A DNA stretch of 64,000 bases from Octopus vulgaris. Lineage: Eukaryota. Below, piece by piece: positions 24,901-37,197 of the stretch (the first letter of the stretch is position 1; every line of letters starts with the position of its first letter). The notes under the pieces were generated by a model. That model was not told where the DNA came from and made no database searches. It saw only the letters and a program-made list of their open reading frames with translations. The position numbers and the translations under genes were made by a program. Location of the stretch: assembly GCA_951406725.2 (NCBI GenBank), contig OX597843.1, forward strand, positions 4,464,001 through 4,528,000, in the 5' to 3' direction.

Positions 24901-27900
24901 GTCCATCCTTGTGTTGTGAGTTCAAATTCCACAGAGGTCACCTTTGCCTTTTAATCTCTCGGGTCTTGTATAATTTAAAAAACCAATTGAGCACTGGGGT
25001 CGATGTAATTGACTTAACTCCCACTCCCTTAAAATTGCTGGTTTGTGCCAAATTCTTGGTCTCAAGCATTTGTCTTATGAAGAAAGGCTGAAGACGCTCG
25101 ACCTTTATTCTCTAGAAAAACGACGACGCCGTGGTGATCTCATTCTTGCTCACAGCATCATAAGCGGAAAGTGTGAATTCTCGAAAGAGCTGTTCTTCAC
25201 TCCTGCTCCAGAGCGTTGGCTGCGGGGTCATTCCGAAAAGCTCTATCTGCGACAATTTCATCTCAATCGAAGGAGAGGGGCTTTCTCCGTCCGGGTTGCC
25301 GATCCGTAGAATAAGCTGCCGGACGAGATGGTGAAGATGCCAACGACCGCTCAGTTCAAAGTCTCCCTTGACCTCAAGTGGCCTGAACTCTTTACATGAA
25401 CACCACCCTGTACATAACTCCATGTCCCCCTACATGGCCTTGCTTTTTGCTTTTTGAGCCAAAAAATTAACTTAAGTAGAGTCTGTCATTTTCTGTTTCC
25501 TTGTCTGTATCATCTTTGTTTCTCTTTTTTTTATTATACAGGCAGTAAAATGAGTCCTAATGGTCTGCGGAGTCCAACGTTTGGCTCACAGCACAATAAA
25601 CCTGCTGAAGTAAGTATTGTCGTTTTGTTGTTGTTATTGTCATCCGGTGTCTTTATTGCCTGATGCGTACAAAGTATCAAACTGAATTAAAACTAGCCAT
25701 CTTTACACTGTATATTTATAATATTTCCATCTATACTCTGTTTCAATTGGTTTAATCTGTGGTAGTCATCAGGTGTCTTATTCCTGGATGTGTACATACT
25801 ACCAGACTGGATAAGAACCGATCATCTTTACACTGTATATCTCTCTCTATATAAAGCTGAGGTTGTCTGTGTGTGGTAGGTTTGGTAGCCTTCAACTAAC
25901 ACTACCTCCTCCAAGACCCTGTGGCGCAAGTTGACCAAAATTGACAGTTTGATAGAAGACTTGCTCTTCCTTCCGTAGAAGATAAAGTTCAAATCGGACC
26001 ATGTTAACACCAAAAATTATTTACATCAAAAAGAATCTTTTTTGAAACTACAACACATTTGAGTGAGGACGTTGCCAGTGCCGCTGGACTGGCTCCTATG
26101 CAGGTGGCACATAAAAGGCATCATTTGAGCGTGGCCGTTGCCAGTGCCGCCTGACTGGCCCTCATGCCGGTGGCACGTAAAAGCACCCACTACACTCTTG
26201 GAGTGGTTGGCGTTAGGAAGGGCATCCAGCTGTAGAAACTCTGCCAGATCAGACTGGAGCCTGGCGCAGCCTTCTGGCTTCCCAGACCTCAGTCAAATTG
26301 TCCAACCCATGCTAGCATGGAAAGCGGACGTTAAACGATGATGATGATGACACTCGTATTTATGTGTAGACACACACACACACGTATATATATTCACACA
26401 TACATAATTGGTCTCTTCATTCTCTACCTTGTCTCCCCGCAGTTGTTCCGGAAAGATCTTATAAGTGCCATGAAATTGGCTGATTCTGATCCTCTCCAAC
26501 CTGAAGAATACTTCGAGATTGCTGACCCTTGGCGCCAGGAATGGGAGAAAGGGGTTCAGGTACCAGTGAACCCTACCAGCATTCCAGAGATAAATGTCAG
26601 GTAGGTTTTTCTCTCCACTGTTTCTTTCTCTAGCTCTGTCCCCCCTCCCTTGCCAGCTCCCTTCTCTCCCTGTACATGTTGTAAAGCTGTTGACATTAGG
26701 GAGAGAACCCAGCTGCCAGAGACCCTGCCAAAAACTGGCAGTAGAGCTTAGTGCAATCTTGTGACTTGCCAGTTCTTGTCAAAATTCAAAACCATCCGAC
26801 CCATACCAGCAAGAAAAATGTTAAATGATGGTTATAATGACGATCAGTGGTTCTCAATACTTGGATATGATATTTTTGAGCAAGTCAACATTCCTAGACC
26901 AACCAAAGACAATTGCCATCTTTTTAACCCTTTTCAGGGGCGTAAGCAGCCCACATATGCATACCTCTTCTTCCTTTGGACACTAAACTCTGTTCGTGAA
27001 GACCTGTTGAGGCAAGTGAAATCAAAATCAAATTCGATGACTGGCATCCGTGCTAATGGGGTGCAAAGAGCACCATCCGAACGTGATTGTTGACAGACCG
27101 GCTAACCGGCTTCTGTGCCAGTGGCACATAAAAGGGCACCATTTGAGTGTGATCGTTACCAGCGTCACCTTACTGGCACTTATGCCCCATGCTAGTAGGG
27201 TGCTAAGAGCACCATCAAAGGGTGATCGTTGCCAGAGCGGCTAACTGGCTTCTGTGCCGGTGGCATGTAAAAGGCACCATGTTCCTAACGCTAGCTCAAT
27301 GATAACAATGTTATTTTACTAAATTCTCTGTTATATTTAAAGTAGTTGAAAGAAACACAGAGCATCTCAAAATAAATACAGTCACGAAAGGGTTAATTAA
27401 GCTGGTGTCAAATGTAAATGATGTAAATAAACATGAAATTTTGATGAAAGGTCTTAATTGGGATCATTTCAAAATAAGTCTGTATCATAGAGCTAAGGGT
27501 GGGTCCAAGTTGGTTAGTATCAGATGATTTAAACAAACATAACAAATGCTTATTTATATTGTTGTTCTTTGAATATTTCAGAGTTTTGCGAGAGAAACCC
27601 AAATCTGGCGACTTCAAAATGTAAGTATTTTGGCCTTTTGCTTCCATGTTTTTGTGTTTCCTTTTGTCTTTGTAACCACAGGTCAGTAGCAGTGGCAAAT
27701 ATTTTTCCAGCTGTGGCCATTCGGATATAATGTGTGTAGGACCACGTCCCTTCCTTGTTGTTTAGTACGAGGTCAGCAGACATATGATCAAAGGTCTTCC
27801 AGCTGTGACCATCCTGTTTTTTATTTAGATGTGTGATCGTTGACAGAGTGGCTAACCAGCTTCTGTGCCAGAGTCACATACAAGACACCATTCGAGTGTG

Positions 27901-30900
27901 ATCGTTACCAGCGTCGCCTTACTGGCACTCGAGCCCCGTGCTAGTAGGGTGCCAAGAGCACCATCCGAGCATGATCATTGCCAGAGTGGCTAACTGGCCT
28001 ACATGCTGGTGGCACGTGAAAGGGCACCATTCGAGCGTGATTGTTACCAGCGTCGCCTTACTGGCACCTGTGCAAAAAGATTCGAGCAAGGTAATTGCCA
28101 TTACCACCTGACTGGCCCCCGTGCCTGTGGCATGTAAAAGCACCCACTACACTCTTGGAGTGGTTGGTGTTAGGAAGGACATCCAGCTGTAGAAACTCTG
28201 CCAGATCAAGATTGGAGCCTGGTGTAGCCATCTGGTTCGCCAGTCCTCAGTCAAATCGTCCAACCCATGCTAGCATGGAAAGCGGATGTTAAACAGTGAT
28301 GATGTTTATAGGTCCTTAGCTCCAGGTCTAATGTATCTCCTTGTTTAGTCCCAGCTTAGTCAGATTCCAACAGGTTTATGATCTGGGAGTCTTCCAGTTG
28401 CGACCATCCTGTCTTTTATTCAGAAGTAGTGTATCTAGCTCCTGCCTAAGTTGCAGTGACATAAATACACCAACACCTGTTGTCAAGCAGTGGTGGGGTA
28501 CAAATATGCACACACACAATGGGTTTACCATCCAACCCGTGCTAGCACGGAAAAAGGACATTAAACGATTATATATATATATATATATATATATGCATGT
28601 GGAGGTGCAATGGCCTGAGTGAAAACACCTAAAAGCTCCACGAGGCTCCGGCAAGGGGTCGATGCGACCCCTGTTGTACACTTTCGCCCCCAACTTTCTC
28701 TTACTCTCTCTTCCTGTTTCTTGAGTAACGCTGCGATAGACTGACGTCCCTTCAGTTGGGGGGGAACACATATGCCACAGAAACCGGGAAACCGGGCCCA
28801 TGAGCCTGGCTAGGCTTCAAAAGGGCAACGTTTATATCTTTCTCTTTTACTTGTTTCAGTCATTTGACTGTGGTCATGCTGGAGCACCACCTTTTTCTTT
28901 GTTTGTTACCCACTACCACATATAAAATTTATGTGCATGACAAGTAAATGGCCGATGTCCAGAGAACTTAATTATCTTTTTGTTATATTCCATCTTGAAT
29001 TTACTGAAATCTACTTTTTTTTTTCCTCTGTTTTCTGTTCAGCCCTCGCAACCCGCGTAAACTGCTGCACGCCACCCAGGACGAGAACTACAGGCAGAGC
29101 ATCCATGAGCTGACGGGCATGCAGCAACTGGCAGAACAGGTGGTCCGTTACGACCTGGACGATATCGATGTGTGTTGGCTGACGAAGGTGAATGAAGAAC
29201 GGGAAGAAATGGGTAAGTCGGTGCCCTTGTGTCCCTTATTTAGAGGTCTACATGTTTCGTTCATCTATCCCTCGGTGCTCTTAGTGTATGGTACGGAATC
29301 GGTACCTGCCATGCCTTATTTAGCCTTTCTTATTTCTCTCATGCCTTCTCTGTCTATTTGTAGGTGATACTTTGATAGACGAATGGATTATGGAAAGGAT
29401 TATTGAAGAATTAGAAAACCAGGTAAATATGAACACGTAACCGCTTTTCTACTGACTTCTGGTTATAGGAAATTTTGCTGTGAGACACCGTATGAACAGT
29501 GGCAAAGCATCGTTGTGGAAGAGGGAGACCCAGGAAGACATGGGACAAAGTGTTAAAGGCCATTCTCAAATGTTGGAAGACTGAGATGTGTGGCATGTTG
29601 CTGTACTCAAGAAGTTCTGCTCACCACAACAGAATTGAGATCCTAAAACTTTTTATATCCTTCAGTTTGGATATATGATTTAACGAAACAGGGGTAATGT
29701 CATGTCTTCATGCAACATACTGCCACTGCAGCTGTGCATGACTCCAAAATGCCGTCTCTCCACATAAAAAGCACTGATGATAGTGCAATAGTAGGAGACA
29801 CTTGCCCAAGGTGCCATGCAGTGGGACTGAACCCGGAACCATATGGTTCATAAGCAAGCTATTACCACACAGCCACTCCTACGCCTATATACATATATAC
29901 AACAGGCTTCTTTCAATTTCCGTCTACCAAATCCACTCACAAGGCTTTGGTCGGCCCGAGGCTATAGAAGACACTTGCCCAAGGTGTCACGCAGTGGGAC
30001 TGAACCTGGAACCATGTGGTTGGTAAGCAAGCTACTTACCACACAGCCACTGCTACGCCTATATACATATATACGGCAGGCTTCTTTCAGTTTCCGTCTA
30101 CCAAATCCACTCACAAGGCTTTGGTTGGCCCGAGGCCATAGAAGACACTTGCCCAAGGTGTCACGCAGTGGGACTGAACCTGGAACCATGTGGTTGGTAA
30201 GCAAGCTACTTACCACACAGCCACTGCTACGCCTATATACATATATACGGCAGGCTTCTTTCAGTTTCCGTCTACCAAATCCACTCACAAGGCTTTGGTC
30301 GGCCCGAGGCTATAGAAGACACTTGCCCAAGATGTCACGCAGTGGGACTGAACCTGGAACCATGTGGTTGGTAAGCAAGCTACTTACCACACAGCCACTG
30401 CTACGCCTATATACATATATACGGCAGGCTTCTTTCAGTTTCCGTCTACCAAATCCACTCACAAGGCTTTGGTCGTCCCAAGGCTATAGCAGAAGACACT
30501 TGCTCAGGGTGCCATGCAGTGGGACTGAACCCGGAACCATGTGGTTGGTAAGCAAGCTACTTACCACACAGCCACTCATCGTTGTTTGTGTATGACATTA
30601 TACTTTAGCCATGAGACTCAATCAAGATTAATATTTTGCCTTGTCTTTTTCAGTGCCACGATACAATGCAGCAGACCATAAAGACCGAAGAAGGTCTTGG
30701 TATTGAGTACGATGAAGATGTCACATGTGATGTGTGTCATTCAGTGAGTCTCCCCTTCCTATCGTCTCTCATTTTGGATCTTTTCCGTTTGACCGGCAGT
30801 TTTTTAAAATAATTTCTTTGTAACTAAACACTTTGAAACTTCGTATTCTGGTAGAATGTGTCAAAATAAAACATCTTTTTCTCTTGGCTTTATTGAGAAA

Positions 30901-32189
30901 ATTCTATAGTTTGTAAGATATTTGTTGTTGTTTTTTCTTGCATTTCGGCAATTTCAACCAATCAATGACGTCTATTGAGGTGAATACAATTTCTCCGGAG
31001 CGTTGTCAACAACAATAATTTCTGGTGTCATATGAAATTGTCTCTGTTATTTAGGATCTTTTCGGTTTGACCGGCAGTTTTTAAAAATAATTTCCACGTA
31101 ACTAAACACTTTTAAACTTCGTATACTGGTAGAATGTGTTCATAAAACATCTTTTTCTCTTGGCTTTATTGAGAAAATTCTATAGTTTGTAAGATATTTG
31201 TTGTTTTTTTCTTCTTCAATTTCTGCAATTTCAACCAATCAATGACGTCTATTGAGGTGAAAACATTCTGTGCCGTATGAATATGTCCCTCGTTTAAGAA
31301 ACAGAGATCTTTTCGGTTTGACCGGCAGTTTTCTAAAATAATTTCCACGTAACTAAACACTTTTAAACTTCCTATACTGGTAGAATGTGTTTATAAAAAA
31401 TCTTTTTCTCTTGGCTTTATTGAGAAAATTCTATAATTGACAGCAACAAGGCAACGATATAGCCGCTAAGTGGTCACTAGACGTGCTAGAAATAGCAGCC
31501 GAATATCTCGAATTACCCTATTTCAATGTATGTAAGGAACCCCCAAATTTTGGAAAAAAAGGTTCTGTAAGAGATTATAATACTAGGTTCTTTTCGGTTT
31601 GACCGGCAGTTTTTTAAAAATAATTTCCACGTAACTAAACACTTTTAAACTTCGTATACTGGTAGAATGTGTTTATAAAACATCTTTTTCTCTTGGCTTT
31701 CTTGAGAAAATTCTATAGTTTGTAAGATATTTGTTGGGTTTTTTCTTGTATTTTGGCTATTTCAACCAATCAATGACGTCTATTGAGGTGAAAACGATAT
31801 CCACTCACAAGGCTTTGGTTGGCTCTAGGCTATAATAGAAGACACCTGCCCAAGGTGCCACACAGTGGGACTGAACCCGGAACCATGTGGTTCGTAAGCA
31901 AGCTACTTACCACACACCCAATCCTACACCTATATATATATATATACATATATACGACGGGCTTCTTTCAGTTTCCATCTACCAAATCCACTCACAAGGC
32001 TTTGGTTGGCCCTAGGCTATAATAGGAGACACCTGCCCAAGGTGCCACACAGTGGGACTGAACCCGGAACCATGTGGTTCATTAGCAAGCTACTTACCAC
32101 ACAGCCACTCCTATAAAAATATTTGTTTCAAGTCATGTTTTCATGTCAAGAATCTTTGCAAAACAAATACATAAATGTATAACCGATGA

Positions 32190-32224
<35 letters not shown>

Positions 32225-32469
32225 GAGGGAATATTATTCCAAACTTACAGGGAAAAATTCAATTTAGAATTACTAAATCAAATTTCACAAAATATAGTAT
32301 ATAAAAATATATAACGATGATTAATATATATTTTTTTATCTTATATTTAATCTTTCTATCATATGTAATTTTCGAGATGGTGTAATTTAATTTTTCATTT
32401 TGAATTGATAAATGGGTTTTTTTTTTCTTATTTACATATATATGTATATATATGTAAATTAGAAAAAAA

Positions 32470-32511
<42 letters not shown>

Positions 32512-35500
32512 CAGTCAAGAATGCTTATTTCTATCAAAGAAATAAGCATTCTTGATAGAAATAAACTTTGATAGAAATAAGCATTCTTGACTGCTATTTC
32601 TATTTTTTCGGTATGTGGTCAAGCAACCTGTTTTGCCTGTCCCTTTTTCTTATATACAATATATATACTGAACTTTACAGAAGTTCCTGCCGGTAATCGG
32701 CTATATTTACATACCGAATTCTACCAGTAAATAATTGGGGTTTTTTTAAAAGCCTTTATAGAAATTATTTACTCTTATCATTATATATATATATATATAT
32801 AGCGTAGGCTCGAAACGTAAAAGACTTGTTTTATTTCTATTCCTGAGCGCCATACTAATACATTATTTGTTTGTACTCCACCTGCCTTCGTCTTTTGTTT
32901 ATTTTTGTAAACCTTCCTATTATATATATATATATATAAATTAGAAAAAAAACACCTTTTATCAATTCAAAATGAAAAATTAAATTACACCATCTAGAAA
33001 ATTATAAGTGTGTGTATTCTTATGATCCTCCCTCTCTCTATTTCAGCCTGATAGTGAAGAGAACAATGAAATGGTTTTCTGTGATGGCTGTGATATTTGT
33101 GTCCACCAGGTAATTATTTTTAATTACTAATTAACCAAGTTTCTTTTGTTACTGCCAGAACAGAATTTATGACATTTTCCCTTTTAAATTGATGTCTTTT
33201 GTCTCTGTCCCTTTCTTTTTCTCCTTCCCTCCAAGGCTTTGGTTGACCCAAAATTATAGAAGAAAACACTTGCCCACGGTGCCAAGCAGTGGGAATGAAC
33301 CTTTAACTATGTGGTTGAGAAACAAGCTTCTTACCACACAGCCACACCTGCCCCTAATATTCACCAATAAATAATGATTTTATTGGTTTCAAAATTTGGC
33401 ACAAGATCGGCAATTTTGGGGGAGGGGTTAAGTCAATTACATCGACCCCGGTTTTTAGCTGGTCCTTATTTTATTGACCCTGAAAGATTGTGAGGCTAAG
33501 TTGACCTTGGCAGAATTTGAAATCAGAACATAAAAACTGGTAAAATGCCACTTAGCATTTTATGTGACCTGCTAATGGTTCTGCTAGCTTGCTGCTGCCT
33601 TACCAATGAGAAGGCCAGCAATTTCAGCAGGAGTGGAAAGTTGGTTATATTAACCCCGTGCTCAGCTAGTCCTTAATTTGTCGACCCCAAAAGGTGGAAA
33701 GACAAAGTCTACCTCGGTGGAATTTTAAACTCAGAATGTAAAGGCAGATGAAGCATTTTGCCTGGTATGCTAATGATTCTTATTTCTTTACTACCCACAA
33801 GGGTCTACACACAGAGGGGATAAGCGAGGACAGACAAATGGATTGAGTTGGTTATATCAACCCCAGTGCGTAACTGGTACTTATTTAATCGACCCCGAAA
33901 GGAGGAAAGGTAAAGTCCACCTTGGCGGAATTTGAACTCGGAACATAACGGCAGAAAAAATACCTATTTCTTAACTACCCACAAGGGGCTACACACGGAG
34001 GGAACAAACAAGGACAGACAAATGGATTATGTCGATTATATCGACCCCAGTGCGTAACTGGTACTTATTTAATCAACCCCAAAAGGATGAAAGGCAAAGT
34101 CGACCTTGGTGGAATTTGAACTCAGAACGTAATGACAGACGAAATACCGCTAAGCATTTCGCCCTGCGTGCTAACGATTCTGCCAGCTCGCCACCTTTTT
34201 TTTCTGCGTAGAGCTTAGGTGTTTCGCTCATAAACACACATTGCCTGGTTTGAGATTTGAACCCACGATCCATCGACTGCAAGTCCGCTGCTCTAACCAC
34301 TAGGCCATGTACCTCCACAAATGCTAATGATTCTACCTGTTTGCCACCTTATAATCATATAATAAATTTTCTCAAATGCTAAAAGGATTTTGATAATGAT
34401 GTGTTTGTCAAAATATTGCCCTTCTTCCCTTGTTAATCTCATTGTTCCTCCCATGTTTTCTTGTAGGCCTGTTATGGTATACAAGCAATACCTGAAGGCA
34501 GTTGGCTATGTAGACCTTGTTCCCTAGGGGTCAAACCTGTCTGTATTCTGTGCCCAAATACAAACGGAGCTATGAAGAGTACCCGGTAAGTAGGGGTTAC
34601 TGATGTTTCTGGTTTGAAGAATTTTGTGTTTGTGGGTGACTGAAAAAGTCTCGTGTCTGGTTCGGAGCTTTGTGTGCCTGTGTCTACCTCCAAAGAGCTT
34701 TGTATGAGCCAGAAACATGTGCTAAGCTCTTGGAACCATAGAGTGCTGTGCGTGAGTTTCTGGGTTAGAGGGTATGTGTGTGGTTCAAATGGCTTTGTAA
34801 GTGTTACATGTGTTTCTGGTGATGGTTTCACATAAAAAGCACTGGTGATGTGTGTGTGTGGCTCAACAGATTGTGTTTCTGGTTCATATTATTTCGGTAT
34901 ACTAGCAGTATCGCCTGGCATTGCTCGGGTTTGTTTCGACCCTTTAGAATTGGAATTTTTGAAAAGTAAAAATTTTGCATTCTCTTTAAGTGAACATTTT
35001 TCTGGTTGAAATACACCGAAAAGTGGCGACACAGCAGTAAAAAAATAGGGATTTTCATAGAAAAAAAAAAGCACCTTTTTGATGTAAATAATAGCCTTCT
35101 TCTATCATACTCTCAATTTTGGTCAACTTGTGCCGCAGGGTCTCGGAGGAGATAGTGTTAGTTGAAGGCTACCAAACCTGCCACACACTGACAACTTCAC
35201 ATAGAAAAAAAGCACCTTTTTGATGTAAATAATTTTTGGTGTTAACATGGTCCGATTTGAATTTTTTCTTCTACGGAAGGAAGAGAAAGCCTTCTTCTAT
35301 CATACTCCCAATTTTGGTCAACTTGTGCCGCAGGGTCTCGGAGGAGATAGTGTTAGTTGAAGGCTACCAAACCTGCCACACACTGACAACTTCACATAGA
35401 AAAAAAGCACCTTTTTGATGTAAATAATTTTTGGTGTTAACATGGTCCGATTTGAATTTTTTCTTCTACGGAAGGAAGAGCAAGCCTTCTTCTATCATAC

Positions 35501-36678
35501 TCTCAATTTTGGTCAACTTGTGCCGCAGGGTCTCGGAGGAGATAGTGTTAGTTGAAGGCTACCAAACCTGCCACACACTGACAACTTCAGCTTTATATAT
35601 AGAGTTTTCTCTGATTTAGGTTGGACAATTTGACAGGAGCGGGCCAGGTAGAAGACTACCCCAGGCTACTGTGTCTGTTTTGGCAGGGTTTTTATGGCTG
35701 GATGCTCTTTACGTGGCAACAGCCCCTACACTAATGTAAATTAAATCCTTCGTTGTCATTTCTTCAAAATCCCTAGCTTAAAAATAGGCAGTTACTTACT
35801 CTCTTTTACTTGTTTCAGTCATTTGACTGTGGCCATGCTGGAGCACCGCCTTTAGTCGAGCAAGTCGACCCCGGGACTTATTCTTTGTAAGCCCAGTACA
35901 TATTTTATCGGTCTCTTTTGCCGAACCACTAAGTAACGGGGACATAAACACACCAGCATCGGTTGTCAAGCAATGCTAGGGGTGACAAACACAAACACAC
36001 ACACATACATATATATACACATATACGACAGGCTTCTTTCAGTTTCCGTCTACCAAATCCACTCACAAGGCATTGGTTGGCCCGGGGCTATGGCAGAAGA
36101 CACTTGCCCAAGGTGCCATGCAGTGGGACTGAACCCAGAACCATGTGGTTGGTTAGCAAGCTACTTACCACACAGCTACTCCTGCGCCTATAAAATTCTT
36201 CAACACTTTCCAACCCGATTGAAACAAAGTCTGTGTATTTCAGCAGAAATATAATAACTAAAGGGTTATAGAACTTTCTGCATGATTCCAAGAACTTCTG
36301 TAAGTAATGTGTAATATTATATTGTTCTTGTGTTTATGAATTTCTTCAGAAGCGGTACCAAATGGGCACACGTGAACTGTTCTCTGTGGATACCGGAGGT
36401 TAGCATTGGCTGCGTTGAACGGATGGAACCAATAACTAAAATATCACAGATTCCGGTAATTAGACTCCCTTTATTTATTTGTGTTGTTTTTATATATATA
36501 TATATATATATATATCTTTTATTTGTTTGTCATTAGACTGCGACCAAGCTGGGGCATCACCTCAAAGCATTTAGCCAAACAAATTGACTTTGTTAGCCTG
36601 TCAGTTTATCTCTTCACATAATAACAACCTGTTAAATATTAATATCAATTTCTACCCTGATTTAATTTTATGTATGTG

Positions 36679-36728
<50 letters not shown>

Positions 36729-37163
36729 CCTTGTTTCGTATACATTCAATCCTTTTTCCAAGAAATCTAATGCTCGTAGCTTAGTTTTTCCTTGGGGCTG
36801 GCCGAATCGGAGCGATCTCAAGATTAATCAGCCGAAATTGCGAGGATGATCCTGTTCTTGACTGAAGATTAGAGGCTTTAAATGACCCGTCCGTTTTTTT
36901 TTTTTTGTGTCATCTATTTGAATGTTTTGCGTTCTTGTCCCATTTTGTATTTTATATATTTTTTAACGCCATGTTAGATCGTTAGCTCCTACACGCATTT
37001 TTTTCTCTCCGTGTTTCTTTTCTGTGTATCTTTCTGCCAAAGAGCGTAGGCTCGAAACGTAAAAGACTTGTTCTATTTCTATTCCTGAATGCTATACTAA
37101 TACATTTGTTTGTTTGTACTCCACCTGCCTTCATCTTTTGTTTATTTTCATAAACTTTCCCTT

Positions 37164-37197
<34 letters not shown>

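Noticed and set aside
29843-30595. 250-aa ORF (also 44116..44841, 241 aa)
   Set aside because: Antisense read-through of tandem SINE heads whose period is a multiple of 3.
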